Below, piece by piece: positions 33,013 through 33,834 of a DNA stretch of 33,834 nucleotides. The DNA comes from an uncultured bacterium. Its GTDB lineage: Bacteria > Armatimonadota > HRBIN16. Both the position numbers and the translations under genes were made by a program. The notes below the pieces were generated by a model. It did no database searches. It was given only the letters and a program-made list of their open reading frames with translations, and was not told where the DNA came from. How positions within the stretch are numbered: the first letter of the stretch is position 1; each line of letters begins with the position of its first letter. Location: NCBI GenBank assembly GCA_964535125.1, contig CAZHSN010000009.1:1-33834 (forward strand), in the 5' to 3' direction.

Positions 33013-33834
33013 TCAACGGTCCAACACAGCGCGTACACGCGTGGCAAGCTCCGACACGCTGAATGGCTTGTGAAGCAAGTCATGGGTCACATCATTGATC
33101 CCGCGGGTATGCAAGACATCGGCTGTGTATCCGGACATATAAAGGCACCGGATACCGGGTGCGAGGGCGCGGATCCGGTCGCACAGCATACGGCCGTTCA
33201 TGCCGGGCATGATCACGTCGGTTAACACCAGATGGATCGGAAAGGCGCATGTGCGCACCGTCTCCAGCGCTCGCTCGGGAGAGTCACAGGGAAGCACCCG
33301 GTAACCGAGCGACTGCAACTGCTGGGCGACCAAGTTTAAGATCGACGGTTCGTCTTCCACCAACAGCACGACCTCTCCCTGACCTGTGGCTGACCGACTG
33401 ACCTGCGACTTTGCCTCGGTCAGTACTGCCTCCATGTGACGCGGCAAGTGGATGGTGAAGACACTGCCGGCGTTCAAGGTGCTCTCTACCACGATAAACC
33501 CTTGGTTCTGTTCCACGATGCCATACACAGTCGCCAAGCCCAACCCCGTTCCGCCTCCTCCCTTCGTGGTGTAGAACGGCTCGAAAAGATGCTCCAGCGT
33601 CTCAGTGTCCATTCCGTGCCCTGAGTCACGGACCGCGATCGATACATACTCGCCGGCTCGATAGTGAGGGTTCTGCATCACCCAGCCGTCGTCGTACGTG
33701 ACGTTACGCGTGAGGATCTCGATTACACCGACATCGTGAATGGCGTCCCGGGCGTTGACGCAGAGGTTGGCCAGCAGTTGGTCCACGTGTGATGGATCGA
33801 TCAAGACTGGCCATAGATCGGGTGACGGTCGCCA
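33013..33834 (-). CDS. Hybrid sensor histidine kinase/response regulator, 3' portion (HATPase_c plus C-terminal receiver). The N-terminus lies beyond the window end.
   Basis: HATPase_c blocks LCVNARDAI (N-box), DSGHGMD (G1), GGGGTGLGLATV (G2), then the receiver VVLLVEDEPSILNLV...LVLTDVIMPGMNG...K. The ORF is open to the window edge, so the ATG at 33804 is probably internal. Confidence 0.8.
   Translation of the reverse strand, partial: WRPSPDLWPVLIDPSHVDQLLANLCVNARDAIHDVGVIEILTRNVTYDDGWVMQNPHYRAGEYVSIAVRDSGHGMDTETLEHLFEPFYTTKGGGGTGLGLATVYGIVEQNQGFIVVESTLNAGSVFTIHLPRHMEAVLTEAKSQVSRSATGQGEVVLLVEDEPSILNLVAQQLQSLGYRVLPCDSPERALETVRTCAFPIHLVLTDVIMPGMNGRMLCDRIRALAPGIRCLYMSGYTADVLHTRGINDVTHDLLHKPFSVSELATRVRAVLDR

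Noticed and set aside
1-33834. Searched for CRISPR arrays, IS elements or transposase genes, integrases, tRNA/rRNA genes and long direct repeats
   Set aside because: No repeat-spacer periodicity, no transposase or integrase-like ORFs, and no tRNA-like cloverleaf segments were seen. The region looks like stable chromosomal DNA.

Overview
High-GC (~62-65%) bacterial chromosomal window with dense coding on both strands and no obvious mobile elements, CRISPR arrays or rRNA/tRNA genes. The gene content fits Planctomycetota/Verrucomicrobiota-like genomes, but I cannot assign the organism. From start to end it holds: (1) a housekeeping block with an AI-2E/PerM-type transporter and convergent tsaD-rimI. 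(2) A glycan-processing region: a lipoprotein alpha/beta-hydrolase divergent from a secreted FAD-dependent oxidoreductase, then a minus-strand operon of GH32-like hydrolase, Cys-type sulfatase (CSPTR motif) and a tiny Ala/Pro-rich membrane protein, and a divergent 672-aa secreted protein. (3) A GrpB-family protein followed by a 440-bp intergenic gap. (4) A tightly packed six-gene plus-strand operon: SPFH/band-7 protein, URO-D-like protein, two paralogous translationally coupled polytopic membrane proteins of unknown function, a GH39-like clan GH-A hydrolase, and an orphan 274-aa protein. This operon is the best candidate for an undescribed system. (5) A convergent minus-strand block of URO-D family protein, GH38 alpha-mannosidase, HAD hydrolase and GNAT acetyltransferase, plus MscL with an unusual C4 zinc-ribbon tail. 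(6) A canonical livJHMGF branched-chain amino-acid ABC transporter operon. (7) The 3' part of a hybrid histidine kinase/response regulator running off the window end. Several start codons from the ORF track were re-placed using Shine-Dalgarno motifs and conserved N-termini. Many long antisense 'shadow' ORFs, typical of high-GC DNA, were rejected. All family assignments rest on motif recognition by eye. No database search was run.
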